Source: an uncultured Candidatus Saccharibacteria bacterium
GTDB taxonomy: Bacteria; Patescibacteriota; Minisyncoccia; Phycocordibacterales; JAACPR01
Assembly (NCBI GenBank): GCA_964538855.1
Contig: CAZIEY010000001.1
Coordinates: 245,389-309,388 of the forward strand
Reading direction: 5' to 3'
Length of the DNA stretch: 64,000 nucleotides
The notes under the pieces are model-generated. The model ran no database searches, had not been told where the DNA came from, and was given only the letters and a program-made list of their open reading frames with translations. Each line of letters begins with the position of its first letter. Within the stretch, counting starts at the first letter, position 1. Shown here one piece after another: positions 19,029 through 27,690 of the stretch. Position numbers and translations under genes: made by a program.

Positions 19029-19796
19029 ATGAACCCCGCCCAACAAGAATTAATTACAAATCTGGTCAATTTTGGCCTCAGCACCAAAGAGGCTGGTGTA
19101 TATATCGCCATTCTTGAACTTGGCAAAGGCACAGTTACCGAAATATCCCGCAAGGCCGGTATAAACAGAACGACGGGTTACGACATTTTAAATTCCCTAT
19201 CTAGTAAAAAGATTGTGAGCGTATCTGGACACGAACCAAAGCAAGAGTACGTTGCAGAACCACCGTCTTCTATTGTGGCTTATTTAAAAAGAGAAGCTGT
19301 ACATCTCGCCGAGCAGATAAAGAAATCAGAAGAAATGGTCGACGATTTAACATTGCTGCATTCCGTACAAAATCGCCCTAAAATTCGTTTTTACGAAGGT
19401 AAAGACGGTCTTAAAAATGTATATGAAGACACTTTGACCAGCACCGAGACTATTCTCGCCTACGCATCAGTTGAAGATGTGCACACTACATTACCAGGAT
19501 ACTTCCCTGCATATTACAAACGACGTGCTCAGAAAAATATTAAAATCAGGGCTATTTTCCCTCACACATCTGAAGCTTTAAAATTAAAGGCTCGTGATGA
19601 AGAAGAAAAGCGCGAAACAATGCTCGTTCCCGCCGATAAATACAATTTTTCCCCGGAAATTAACATTTACGACAATAAAATTATGATTGCGTCGTGGCGA
19701 GAAAAATTAGGAATCACCATCGAGAGTCGCGAAATAGCTGATGCAATGAAAAAGATTTACGAATTAGCCTGGATTGGTGCCAAAACCCTCAAATAG
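19029..19796 (+). CDS. TrmB-family HTH transcriptional regulator (second paralog)
   Basis: 255 aa, N-terminal HTH (LSTKEAGVYIAILELGKGTVTEISRKAGINRTT). Same architecture as the 1780 ORF. Confidence 0.6.
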   Translation: MNPAQQELITNLVNFGLSTKEAGVYIAILELGKGTVTEISRKAGINRTTGYDILNSLSSKKIVSVSGHEPKQEYVAEPPSSIVAYLKREAVHLAEQIKKSEEMVDDLTLLHSVQNRPKIRFYEGKDGLKNVYEDTLTSTETILAYASVEDVHTTLPGYFPAYYKRRAQKNIKIRAIFPHTSEALKLKARDEEEKRETMLVPADKYNFSPEINIYDNKIMIASWREKLGITIESREIADAMKKIYELAWIGAKTLK

Positions 19797-19801
19797 TCTT
19801 T

Positions 19802-20137
19802 TTAGTACGCCCGCTTTCCCTTTGTAGAAAGTGCGACGAGTTCGTTGAACGAATCCCCTACCGCGGCCTTATTTCTGCGTTCGTGACTACATTTCTGACA
19901 TTTTTGGACAATATAAAAAACATCGCTTTTATTTTCGAGGCTCGTCGGTTCCATCAATCCCCCGCAAGTCGCTGCGCGATCCCCAGGATTCACATCCACG
20001 TGTTTTGACCACAGACATTTCGGGCAATGATTTGTATAGCCGTTTCCATGCACCAGCTGTCCGCATTTTTCACACACAAAATCCTCCTCTCGCTTTTGAA
20101 ACTGCTTCGCCGGTAAACTTCCCTTTGATTCTGCCAT
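19802..20137 (-). CDS. RNHCP-domain zinc-ribbon protein
   Basis: Contains FVCEKCGQ...YTNHCPKCLWSKHVD...CQKCSHER. The start was trimmed to Met44 of the track ORF because the upstream part overlaps tRNA-Pro. Confidence 0.5.
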   Translation of the reverse strand: MAESKGSLPAKQFQKREEDFVCEKCGQLVHGNGYTNHCPKCLWSKHVDVNPGDRAATCGGLMEPTSLENKSDVFYIVQKCQKCSHERRNKAAVGDSFNELVALSTKGKRAY

Positions 20138-20144
20138 ATAAATG

Positions 20145-20217
20145 TCGGAGCACTGGGATTCGAACCCAGAGTCATTCGCTCCCAAAGCGAACATGTTAGC
20201 CGTTACACCATGCTCCG
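20145..20217 (-). tRNA. tRNA-Pro(TGG), no encoded CCA
   Basis: Acceptor CGGAGCA/TGCTCCG, anticodon loop TTTGGGA, T-arm CTGGG-TTCGAAT-CCCAG. Confidence 0.75.
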
Positions 20218-20272
20218 ATATAACAAAGCAAATACTATCAGAAATGCGGCGATAAACAAGGGTCATATGCCT

Positions 20273-20773
20273 TTATTCAATCACGTTCTCGATAAACTCC
20301 ACCCGACCGATCATATCCGGCATGAAAAACACCACCGAAGCAACGTCTATTTGAAATTCTGTTTCATGAAGAACATTTTTTTCGGCTAAATACAGTGAGA
20401 TCGTGCGTTTCATACGTAACATCTTAAGCCGATTCACGGACTCAAGCGGATTATATCCCGAAAAATCATCCATTACGATCCCCAACCCATCATATGTTGT
20501 AATGTCCTTTGAAACGGTTTTGACCTCTATAAAATGCAAGACACCGTCCTTCTTTGCCACAATATCAATTTCTCCACACCTTCGGAGAAAATTCCTATCC
20601 AAGATCTGCATACCCTTCTCTGACTTTAACATTTCACACACAATTCCCTCTCCCCAATTCCCAAACTGGCGTTTTTGACTATATTTTTTAACAGAATCCT
20701 CGGCTACCTGTCCTATAAAGTCGGGCATTTTAAAAATTTCACTATCTACCCCATCATTATTTTTGTTATACAT
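20273..20773 (-). CDS. YraN-family (UPF0102) endonuclease
   Basis: 166 aa with the GEIDIVA...LHFIEVKT core. Confidence 0.65.
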   Translation of the reverse strand: MYNKNNDGVDSEIFKMPDFIGQVAEDSVKKYSQKRQFGNWGEGIVCEMLKSEKGMQILDRNFLRRCGEIDIVAKKDGVLHFIEVKTVSKDITTYDGLGIVMDDFSGYNPLESVNRLKMLRMKRTISLYLAEKNVLHETEFQIDVASVVFFMPDMIGRVEFIENVIE

Positions 20774-20879
20774 GTTTCATGAATAACATATCCGGTATGA
20801 AGAAGTGATAAATAAACAATGTAGAAATAATGAATTTTACAGACTAATAATCCACAGTGAATTGTTATTCATGAAACAA
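20773..20879. promoter_or_regulatory. 16-bp perfect inverted repeat TGTTTCATGAATAACA / TGTTATTCATGAAACA spanning the yraN start codon and its 5' region
   Basis: Arms at 20773-20788 and 20864-20879. The proximal arm abuts the yraN AUG. Confidence 0.4.
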
Positions 20880-21070
20880 GTTATGTAGTTTCACGTGAAA
20901 CATAGGTCTTTTATCCACTCAAAGACAGATTTGACAAAAGGTCAAATATATCCTTACTTTACAACATATTTTAACGTTTTGCCTACTTGTAAAAGACTAA
21001 AAGATGATGTCTTTTATACACATGTCCCCAGTCTTATCCACAGTTTTGGGGATACGGTCTTATAGACTCT

Positions 21071-21144
21071 TGGTGCGGCCAGGGAGAATCGAACTCCCGT
21101 CTAATCCTTGGCAAGGACTCGTTCTACCACTAAACCATGGCCGC
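21071..21144 (-). tRNA. tRNA-Gly(GCC), CCA encoded
   Basis: Acceptor GCGGCCA/TGGCCGC, anticodon loop TTGCCAA. Confidence 0.85.
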
Positions 21145-21191
21145 AACAGGGAATATTATAAATAATCCCTAGCAAAATAACAAATTTGCTG

Positions 21192-21263
21192 TGCACCCGG
21201 AGGGACTCGAACCCCCAATAACGGTTCCGAAGACCGTTGTGATATCCATTTCACCACGGGTGC
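21192..21263 (-). tRNA. tRNA-Arg(TCG), no encoded CCA
   Basis: Acceptor GCACCCG/CGGGTGC with discriminator A, anticodon loop CTTCGGA, T-arm GGGGG-TTCGAGT-CCCTC. Confidence 0.7.
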
Positions 21264-21340
21264 AAAAAACCTTTAACAACAAAGGAAATCATAGCTTATA
21301 GCTCGCTAAAAAGCAAAAGCTGATATAGAATAAAGTTGTT

Positions 21341-22804
21341 ATGAAATTGGATAACATTCCAAAAGAGGTGGTGCATGTCTCAGAGACCCTTGAAAACAAG
21401 GGTTTTGAGGCATATCTCGTGGGTGGATGCGTTCGAGATCTCATTTTAAAAAGGGAACCAAAGGATTGGGATATTACGACAAACGCAACTCCAGAACAGA
21501 TTATTTCACTATTTCCAGAGACTTTCTATGAAAACCGTTTCGGGACCGTTGGGGTAAAGACCGAAAGTGAAGATCCTTGCCTCAAGGTAGTCGAAGTAAC
21601 TCCATACCGCCTTGAAAGTAAGTATTCTGATAATCGACATCCGGACGAAGTCATTTTTAGCCAAAAATTGGATGATGATTTGCAGCGTCGCGATTTCACC
21701 ATGAACGCAATTGCCTATAGTATTTCTAAAGGACAAATGATTGACCTTTATAAAGGACAAGAAGATATTAAAGGACAAATCATCAGGACGGTAGGGGAGG
21801 CAGACTCCAGATTCACCGAGGATGCGCTCAGAATGCTCCGTGCCGTGCGTTTTGCTGCTGAATTAGGTTTCACGATTAACATCGACACTCTTTCGAGTAT
21901 TAGTAAAAACAAGGACTTGATGGCGAATGTTTCGCAGGAACGCATAAAAGATGAGTTCACAAAGATAATTCAATCAAATAACCCCATGATCGGCCTTGGT
22001 ATGGCACAGAAATTGGGAATTTTGCCATATATTTCAAAGAAATTAGAGGAAATGGTGGGTGTTGAACAAAATAAGCAGGCTCACATATACGATGTATGGG
22101 AACACTCCTTGCGAGCAATGCAACACGCAGCAGACAAGCAATTTCCATTTGAAATTCGGCTTGCAGCCCTGTTTCACGACATCGCGAAACCTGAAACCAA
22201 GCGAACTGCGGGGGACAAAACAACATTTCTCGGACACGAAGTAATCGGGGCTCGTGTTACTCGTGAAACACTCAAGAATCTCACTTTCTCAAAGGAAATC
22301 GTCGAGAAGGTTTCGAAATTAGTCCGTTGGCACATGTTTTTCTCTGATACTGAGGAAATTTCACTCTCTGCGGTGCGCCGCCTCGTGCGAAACGTTGGTC
22401 CGGAAAATATTTGGGATCTCATAAACTTGCGAATCTGCGATCGTATTGGTACCGGCCGACCAAAAGAAGAGCCGTATCGTTTGCGCAAGTTCCAATCCAT
22501 GATTGAAGAGGTGATGCGTGACCCTATTACTGTAAAAATGTTGAAAATCGACGGAAACATCATTATGAATGATTTGAAAATTGCTCCAGGACCTGTAATT
22601 GGTAATATTTTAAATGCGCTCCTAGAAGAAGTGCTTGAAAATCCAGCTCTAAACACGCCAGAATATCTTAATAAAAGGGCGGTGGAGATGTCTAATTTGC
22701 CTACAGAGGAACTCGCCGAGATGGGTAAGAAAGCCAAGGAAACTAACGCTGACGCAGACGAAGCCGAAATTACTAAATTGCGTCAAAAAAGGTTTGTAAA
22801 ATAA
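21341..22804 (+). CDS. cca: CCA-adding tRNA nucleotidyltransferase with an HD domain
   Basis: 487 aa with the GGCVRD...DWD pol-beta nucleotidyltransferase motif and the HD motif LFHDIAK. Confidence 0.85.
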   Translation: MKLDNIPKEVVHVSETLENKGFEAYLVGGCVRDLILKREPKDWDITTNATPEQIISLFPETFYENRFGTVGVKTESEDPCLKVVEVTPYRLESKYSDNRHPDEVIFSQKLDDDLQRRDFTMNAIAYSISKGQMIDLYKGQEDIKGQIIRTVGEADSRFTEDALRMLRAVRFAAELGFTINIDTLSSISKNKDLMANVSQERIKDEFTKIIQSNNPMIGLGMAQKLGILPYISKKLEEMVGVEQNKQAHIYDVWEHSLRAMQHAADKQFPFEIRLAALFHDIAKPETKRTAGDKTTFLGHEVIGARVTRETLKNLTFSKEIVEKVSKLVRWHMFFSDTEEISLSAVRRLVRNVGPENIWDLINLRICDRIGTGRPKEEPYRLRKFQSMIEEVMRDPITVKMLKIDGNIIMNDLKIAPGPVIGNILNALLEEVLENPALNTPEYLNKRAVEMSNLPTEELAEMGKKAKETNADADEAEITKLRQKRFVK

Positions 22805-22973
22805 GGGGTTTTTGGGTATAAAAAAACTACATAGAAATTTCCTGAAAAAAGCTGGCCAGTATACGGCTGCGCATCGTGATACGTTTAGTATTCGGATGCA
22901 AAGTGGGTTTTGGGGATGTATTTTATTTATTGTTGTAGCCAAACAAGTGGGATTGTTTTGACTCGCCGTGGCA

Positions 22974-23026
22974 AGTAGAGGAATTTGATCGCTTCTGATA
23001 AACAGAAGTAAGCAAATTCCTCTACT
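22974..23026. other. Stable extended stem-loop in a 500-bp intergenic region
   Basis: 13-bp stem GTAGAGGAATTTG/CAAATTCCTCTAC encloses a second 6-bp hairpin CTTCTG...CAGAAG. No T-run follows. Confidence 0.35.
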
Positions 23027-23246
23027 CGACAAGACTGTGCCGTACCCGCCACACTACGTGAAATTTATATATAGTTTTTTATTCTACTGTCTGGCGATAG
23101 CACCGCATAAAGTTTTGAGCCACAAGGGGCGAACCGCGCGCATGCCAGATTATTTTAATGAACAGAAATGAACTAACCTGAAGATAGTATACGTCCTATA
23201 AAGGACATATGTAAAGGACATGGATGTGGATAACTGAATGTCCTTA

Positions 23247-23300
23247 ATAAAAACTCTTAATTTTAAAGTCCTCGGGTCGCATCACGCACGTTCTATTTAA
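23247..23300. repeat. Truncated copy of the palindromic intergenic repeat family (left arm plus core)
   Basis: AATAAAAACTCTTAATTTTAAAGTCCTCGGGTCGCATCACGCACGTTC matches the arm and core of the copies at 44863 and 52981. Confidence 0.5.
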
Positions 23301-23305
23301 GTCTA

Positions 23306-24094
23306 TTAAAGAGAGATATCAAGCAAAATAGGGCAGTGATCGGATCCTAAAACATCACCAAGAATTTCTGATTTTTTAATAGAATTTTTGAGAGCAGATG
23401 AAACGAAAAAATAATCGATTCTCCAACCCACATTTCTTTCGCGAGAAAAGGTTTTCATATCCCACCACGAGTAGGCGATTTTTTCTGGGTACAAATTACG
23501 GAAGGTATCGATATAGCCGGATGCGACGACAGAATCAACCCACGCGCGTTCAATTGGCAAAAATCCAACACTATCTTTGTTTTCTTTCGGACGAGCCAAA
23601 TCAATTTCGTTGTGGGCTACATTAACATCTCCACAGAAAATTATTTTTTTGTAACCGCACTTCTCGAGCTTCTTCAAATATTTCGTGAACTGAGCAAAAT
23701 ATTGTAATTTGAAATCGAATTTTTCGGGAGAACTACCTCCGTTAGGGAAGTAGCAATTGATCAAAACGTAACCTTTGTAAAACAGCGCGATCTGACGACC
23801 TTCATTATCGAGTTCAGGAATCCCAAAACCATATTCCACTTCCTCTGGCTCGTGTTTAGTGTAAATCGCAACACCACTGTAACCCTTGCGTGTACGAGCA
23901 TGATCATAATATGCAAAATATCCAGCGGGATTTCGCAATTCCTCTGACAGTTGTTCTGGGTGAGCCTTGGTTTCCTGAATACATAAAAAATCTGGTGCCT
24001 GCTTTAGAAACCAAGCTTGACAGCCTTTTTTAAACCACGCACGAATACCATTCACATTCCAAGAAACAATTTGTATATTTTTATTTTTTGTCAT
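23306..24094 (-). CDS. xth: Exodeoxyribonuclease III (AP endonuclease)
   Basis: 262 aa with the IVSWNVNG, CIQETK and SDHCPI motifs. Confidence 0.85.
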   Translation of the reverse strand: MTKNKNIQIVSWNVNGIRAWFKKGCQAWFLKQAPDFLCIQETKAHPEQLSEELRNPAGYFAYYDHARTRKGYSGVAIYTKHEPEEVEYGFGIPELDNEGRQIALFYKGYVLINCYFPNGGSSPEKFDFKLQYFAQFTKYLKKLEKCGYKKIIFCGDVNVAHNEIDLARPKENKDSVGFLPIERAWVDSVVASGYIDTFRNLYPEKIAYSWWDMKTFSRERNVGWRIDYFFVSSALKNSIKKSEILGDVLGSDHCPILLDISL

Positions 24095-24103
24095 AGTTAT
24101 TTT

Positions 24104-25069
24104 TTATGCCTGCTCACTTTTCCCGTGAAACTTTTTGTGCACATCTCGCAAATGTTTGTCGGTGACGTGCGTATAAATTTGCGTCGTCGCGATATTCGAG
24201 TGACCAAGCATTGCTTGAACAGAACGCAAGTCTGCTCCGTTCGATAGCAAATCTGTTGCAAAACAATGACGAATCACGTGCGGTGTTACCTTTTTGGAAA
24301 TGCCGGCGATAGTCGCGTAGCGTTTTACAATGCGCTCGATTGATCGACGAGTCAAACCATCCTCTTTATTTTCCGGCTGTGTCCCACGTTTTTTCTCGTC
24401 GGAAATTTTTACAAAAAGTGCATCCGACATGTCTTTGCGAAGTTTCAAATATGCAGACACTGCTTTTTTCGCGCTGTCTGAAATAAAAACGACGCGCACC
24501 TTACCACCCTTACCACGAATCGACAGTTCATCTTGACCCAAGTCGATATCATTACCAAGCGAACACAATTCCGAGACACGCAAACCAGTCGAGAAGAGTA
24601 GTTGCAAAATAGCGTGACCACGAGCAGATTTTTCCGGGTCCTTGTCCTGATTCGGAGCATTGAGAAGACGCTTCAATTCATCGCGTGAAATAACATCTAT
24701 GGTTCGCTCACCAACTTTAGCAAGCTCGATTTGGTCGGCGGGGAGGGAAGTGATGCCACGGCGTGTCAAAAATTTTAAAAAAGTCCGCAAAGCAATCATG
24801 TAGTAATTCTGAGTCTTCTTTTTCATCGTCTCGCCGGTCGCGCGATTATTTCCAGCCGACTGTCGATTGAGCCACATACGGAACTCACGCACCACCGTTT
24901 CCGTGAGCTGTTTCGGTCCAGTAATTTTTGTCTGATTAATAAAAACCGTTAGATAGTGGTCATAATTTTGAATTGTGCGAAGAGCGCGACCCTTCTCGAT
25001 TTCGATATATTCGAGAAATTGCCGCTTGAGAGACTGAATTTCACTAGTTTGAGTCATACTTGTTGCCAA
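24104..25069 (-). CDS. Tyrosine site-specific recombinase XerC/XerD family
   Basis: 321 aa with C-terminal RHCFATDLL...LGHSNIATTQIYTHV and the catalytic R..HxxR..Y pattern. Confidence 0.8.
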   Translation of the reverse strand: MATSMTQTSEIQSLKRQFLEYIEIEKGRALRTIQNYDHYLTVFINQTKITGPKQLTETVVREFRMWLNRQSAGNNRATGETMKKKTQNYYMIALRTFLKFLTRRGITSLPADQIELAKVGERTIDVISRDELKRLLNAPNQDKDPEKSARGHAILQLLFSTGLRVSELCSLGNDIDLGQDELSIRGKGGKVRVVFISDSAKKAVSAYLKLRKDMSDALFVKISDEKKRGTQPENKEDGLTRRSIERIVKRYATIAGISKKVTPHVIRHCFATDLLSNGADLRSVQAMLGHSNIATTQIYTHVTDKHLRDVHKKFHGKSEQA

Positions 25070-25179
25070 TTATAGCACTTTTGTATGTCGCACAATAATT
25101 TAGAGTGAAAATAGCTCAAAAACATTGAAAGTGAGCTGAAAACTTGCAAAAAAACCAAAGTGTGTTAATATATACCTCG

Positions 25180-25446
25180 ATGTTAACTACACGAAAAAAG
25201 TCCGCAATAATTAAGGACACACAGATTCACAAGACAGACACAGGGTCTGCTTTTGTTCAGGTTGCAATTTTAAATACTAAAATCGAAGAATTATCAAAGC
25301 ATTTGAAGAAAAATAACAAAGATAATCACTCTCGAAAGGGACTTCTCGGAATGGTTTCAAGACGCAACGCGACATTGAAATACATTGCAAAAAAAGATCC
25401 AAAGAAATTCAAGGAATTATCAAAGAAACTCGACGCAAAGAAATAA
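25180..25446 (+). CDS. rpsO: 30S ribosomal protein S15
   Basis: TGSAFVQVAILNTKIEELSKHLKKNNKDNHSRKGLL is the S15 signature. The start was trimmed to Met13 of the track ORF. Confidence 0.85.
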   Translation: MLTTRKKSAIIKDTQIHKTDTGSAFVQVAILNTKIEELSKHLKKNNKDNHSRKGLLGMVSRRNATLKYIAKKDPKKFKELSKKLDAKK

Positions 25447-25456
25447 TCTTCGACAA

Positions 25457-25482
25457 AAAGCCCTGAAAATGGGTTTTTTGTT
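25457..25482 (+). terminator. Terminator hairpin after rpsO
   Basis: AAAAGCCC...GGGTTTTTTG. Confidence 0.45.
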
Positions 25483-25556
25483 TCCTCGAACGGAATCAGT
25501 TAACATCGATTTAATAAAGTAGCGAGAAGGTGACAAATAAGTAGTACAATATACAA

Positions 25557-26090
25557 ATGACAGTAATCAAACACGCCGAGCAAAGAGTGGCGATTTTAAT
25601 AGACGCGCAAAACCTTTATCACTGTGCAAAAAATTTATACGGACGCAAAGTTAATTTCGGGGCAGTCGTCGCAGAAGCTCTCGCCAATCGAAAATTGGTG
25701 CGGGCTATCGCGTACGTAATCACCTCTGAAAGTGGTGACGAGAAAAGTTTCTTCGAGGCTCTCGGAAAAGTCGGTATCGAGACAAAAACAAAAGATTTAC
25801 AAATTTTCTCAGGTGGCGCTAAAAAAGCTGATTGGGACGTAGCAATCGCAGTAGACGCAATCAAGCTTGGCTCAAAAGTAGACTCAATCATCATCGCATC
25901 TGGAGACGGGGACTTTGTGCCGGTTGTTGAATATTTAAAATCAACCAGTGGTTGCCAAGTCGAGGCAATTTCCTTTGGCAAATCTTCGTCAAGCAAACTC
26001 ATCGAGTCGGTTGACGACTTCATCGACATGGACTTGAACCCGAAATTGTTCCTCATAGGCAAAACAAAAGTTTGGAAAAATCAGCAATAG
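25557..26090 (+). CDS. NYN/LabA-like (PIN-like) nuclease domain protein
   Basis: VAILIDAQNLY...SGDGDFVPVV motifs. Confidence 0.65.
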   Translation: MTVIKHAEQRVAILIDAQNLYHCAKNLYGRKVNFGAVVAEALANRKLVRAIAYVITSESGDEKSFFEALGKVGIETKTKDLQIFSGGAKKADWDVAIAVDAIKLGSKVDSIIIASGDGDFVPVVEYLKSTSGCQVEAISFGKSSSSKLIESVDDFIDMDLNPKLFLIGKTKVWKNQQ

Positions 26091-26107
26091 GAATTACAAT
26101 AGAGTAG

Positions 26108-27223
26108 ATGAGCGACGGTCAGAAATTTGATCCTAATGTAGACATTCGGAATCTTCGTACCTACGAAGAGGATATTAAAAATGCACTTGATGATGGCCAC
26201 GTGACCACCACCGACATTGTTTTAGCTGAACAAAAGAAACGTCAAGCATCGGTAACGATGGCAACAGCAAATAAAGAGCAGAAGCTCTTTGCGGAAGCAG
26301 CACCTGCAAAACCGAAAAGTCTCCCTATGATATTTGCGGGAATAGTACTGCTCGCACTTGGAGGCGGAGGAATTTATTACGCAATGAAATACGGAGTGCC
26401 TTTTGCGGGCACATCAAACAAACCGACAGTGAATGTAACACTCACGAACGAAACATTGCGTAGCGATAAAACAGTTACTATTACTACTCAAAATAAAACC
26501 CTCAGAGACATTATCGGGGGCATTCGTACGGAATTAAAAAAACAAAACCAGCTCGGACAAGAAGGGATTCTCGATATTAACATTGTAAAAAATGTAGAAG
26601 TTGAAGCAAATGGTCAAAAAACAATTCGAACTACAAAAATTGACTCTGCGGACTTCTTTGAAATATTGGAATCGAGTGCGCCAGAATCACTCGTGCGATC
26701 ATTCGCTCCAGAATTTATTATCGGTATTCACGAACTCAGCAAACCAGAGCCATTTATTTTGTTACAGACAAACGATTTCGAACAGAGTTTCGCGGGTATG
26801 CTTGCATGGGAGAAGTCTGGAATGATTGCGGACGTGCGTGATATTTTTTATGCAAACCTGGGTTCATCGCAATCGTTTCAAGGTGAAGCAACACCTACTG
26901 CCACACTTACACCAAACGCCACAGTTTCGACTTCTACAATCAATACGATAGAGACGAGCACAACAACAGCAACGACAACAACCGCGACAACCACGGTAGT
27001 TATTAAAAATACCGTCGTTGTTCAGGGTGGGGCGACATATGATCCGCAAAAATTTGTAGATTTGGTACTGCTCAACAAAGATGCGCGTGGAGTCCAAGAT
27101 TTCACAGGAAAATTGCTCCTTTTCTATACATTTATAGATAAAAAGAATCTCCTTATTACCACAAATCCTCAAACGCTTGAAATGGTGCAGCGTCAGCTCA
27201 ATATTACTAGTCTAATCAGATAG
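26108..27223 (+). CDS. Membrane-anchored hypothetical protein with a Thr-rich tract
   Basis: Single TM (MIFAGIVLLALGGGGIYYAM) and a TTTATTTTATTT low-complexity stretch. Confidence 0.45.
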   Translation: MSDGQKFDPNVDIRNLRTYEEDIKNALDDGHVTTTDIVLAEQKKRQASVTMATANKEQKLFAEAAPAKPKSLPMIFAGIVLLALGGGGIYYAMKYGVPFAGTSNKPTVNVTLTNETLRSDKTVTITTQNKTLRDIIGGIRTELKKQNQLGQEGILDINIVKNVEVEANGQKTIRTTKIDSADFFEILESSAPESLVRSFAPEFIIGIHELSKPEPFILLQTNDFEQSFAGMLAWEKSGMIADVRDIFYANLGSSQSFQGEATPTATLTPNATVSTSTINTIETSTTTATTTTATTTVVIKNTVVVQGGATYDPQKFVDLVLLNKDARGVQDFTGKLLLFYTFIDKKNLLITTNPQTLEMVQRQLNITSLIR

Positions 27224-27242
27224 AGTCTGATAAAATGTCTAT

Positions 27243-27614
27243 ATGAAAGACAAATTAAATGTAGAGACATACAAGGCGAAATTACTCGAAGAAAAGGCTC
27301 GACTCGAGAAAAACTTATCTGATGTTGGACGAAAAAATCCTGATACACCAGGAGATTGGGAAGCAACAGGAGATGAAACTGAAACCGAACCAATTTCAGA
27401 TCCAAACGACATCGCAGATTCTATGGAAGAATTCGAATCAAGATCAGCGACATTGGCTGAATTGGAAATCAGTCTCAAGGATGTAAACGACGCCCTCGCG
27501 AAAATCGAAAAAGGAACTTATGGTATATGCGAAATCAGCGGAGAACAAATTGAAGCTGACCGATTGAATGCAAATCCAGCCGCTCGAACCTGCAAAACTC
27601 ATATTAACGGATAG
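27243..27614 (+). CDS. DksA/TraR-family C4-type zinc-finger protein
   Basis: Coiled-coil N-terminus and a C-terminal YGICEISGEQIEADRLNANPAARTC zinc finger. Confidence 0.7.
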   Translation: MKDKLNVETYKAKLLEEKARLEKNLSDVGRKNPDTPGDWEATGDETETEPISDPNDIADSMEEFESRSATLAELEISLKDVNDALAKIEKGTYGICEISGEQIEADRLNANPAARTCKTHING

Positions 27615-27690
27615 CCTATACACAGAGCACACAAAAACTTTAGAATTTCTTTAGACTTTCTTGAAAGTTTCTTCACACCCAATCAGTATA

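Noticed and set aside
19802-20266. 154-aa track ORF as a single CDS
   Set aside because: Its N-terminal 43 codons run straight through tRNA-Pro(TGG) (20145-20217). The gene was trimmed to the internal Met (start 20137).
23262-23282. AAAGTCCTCGGGTCGC as a possible RNase P RNA P4 fragment (GGAAAGUCCGGGCUCC-like)
   Set aside because: The similarity is only partial. The same sequence recurs in three copies as the core of the palindromic repeat family. There is no surrounding RNase P architecture.
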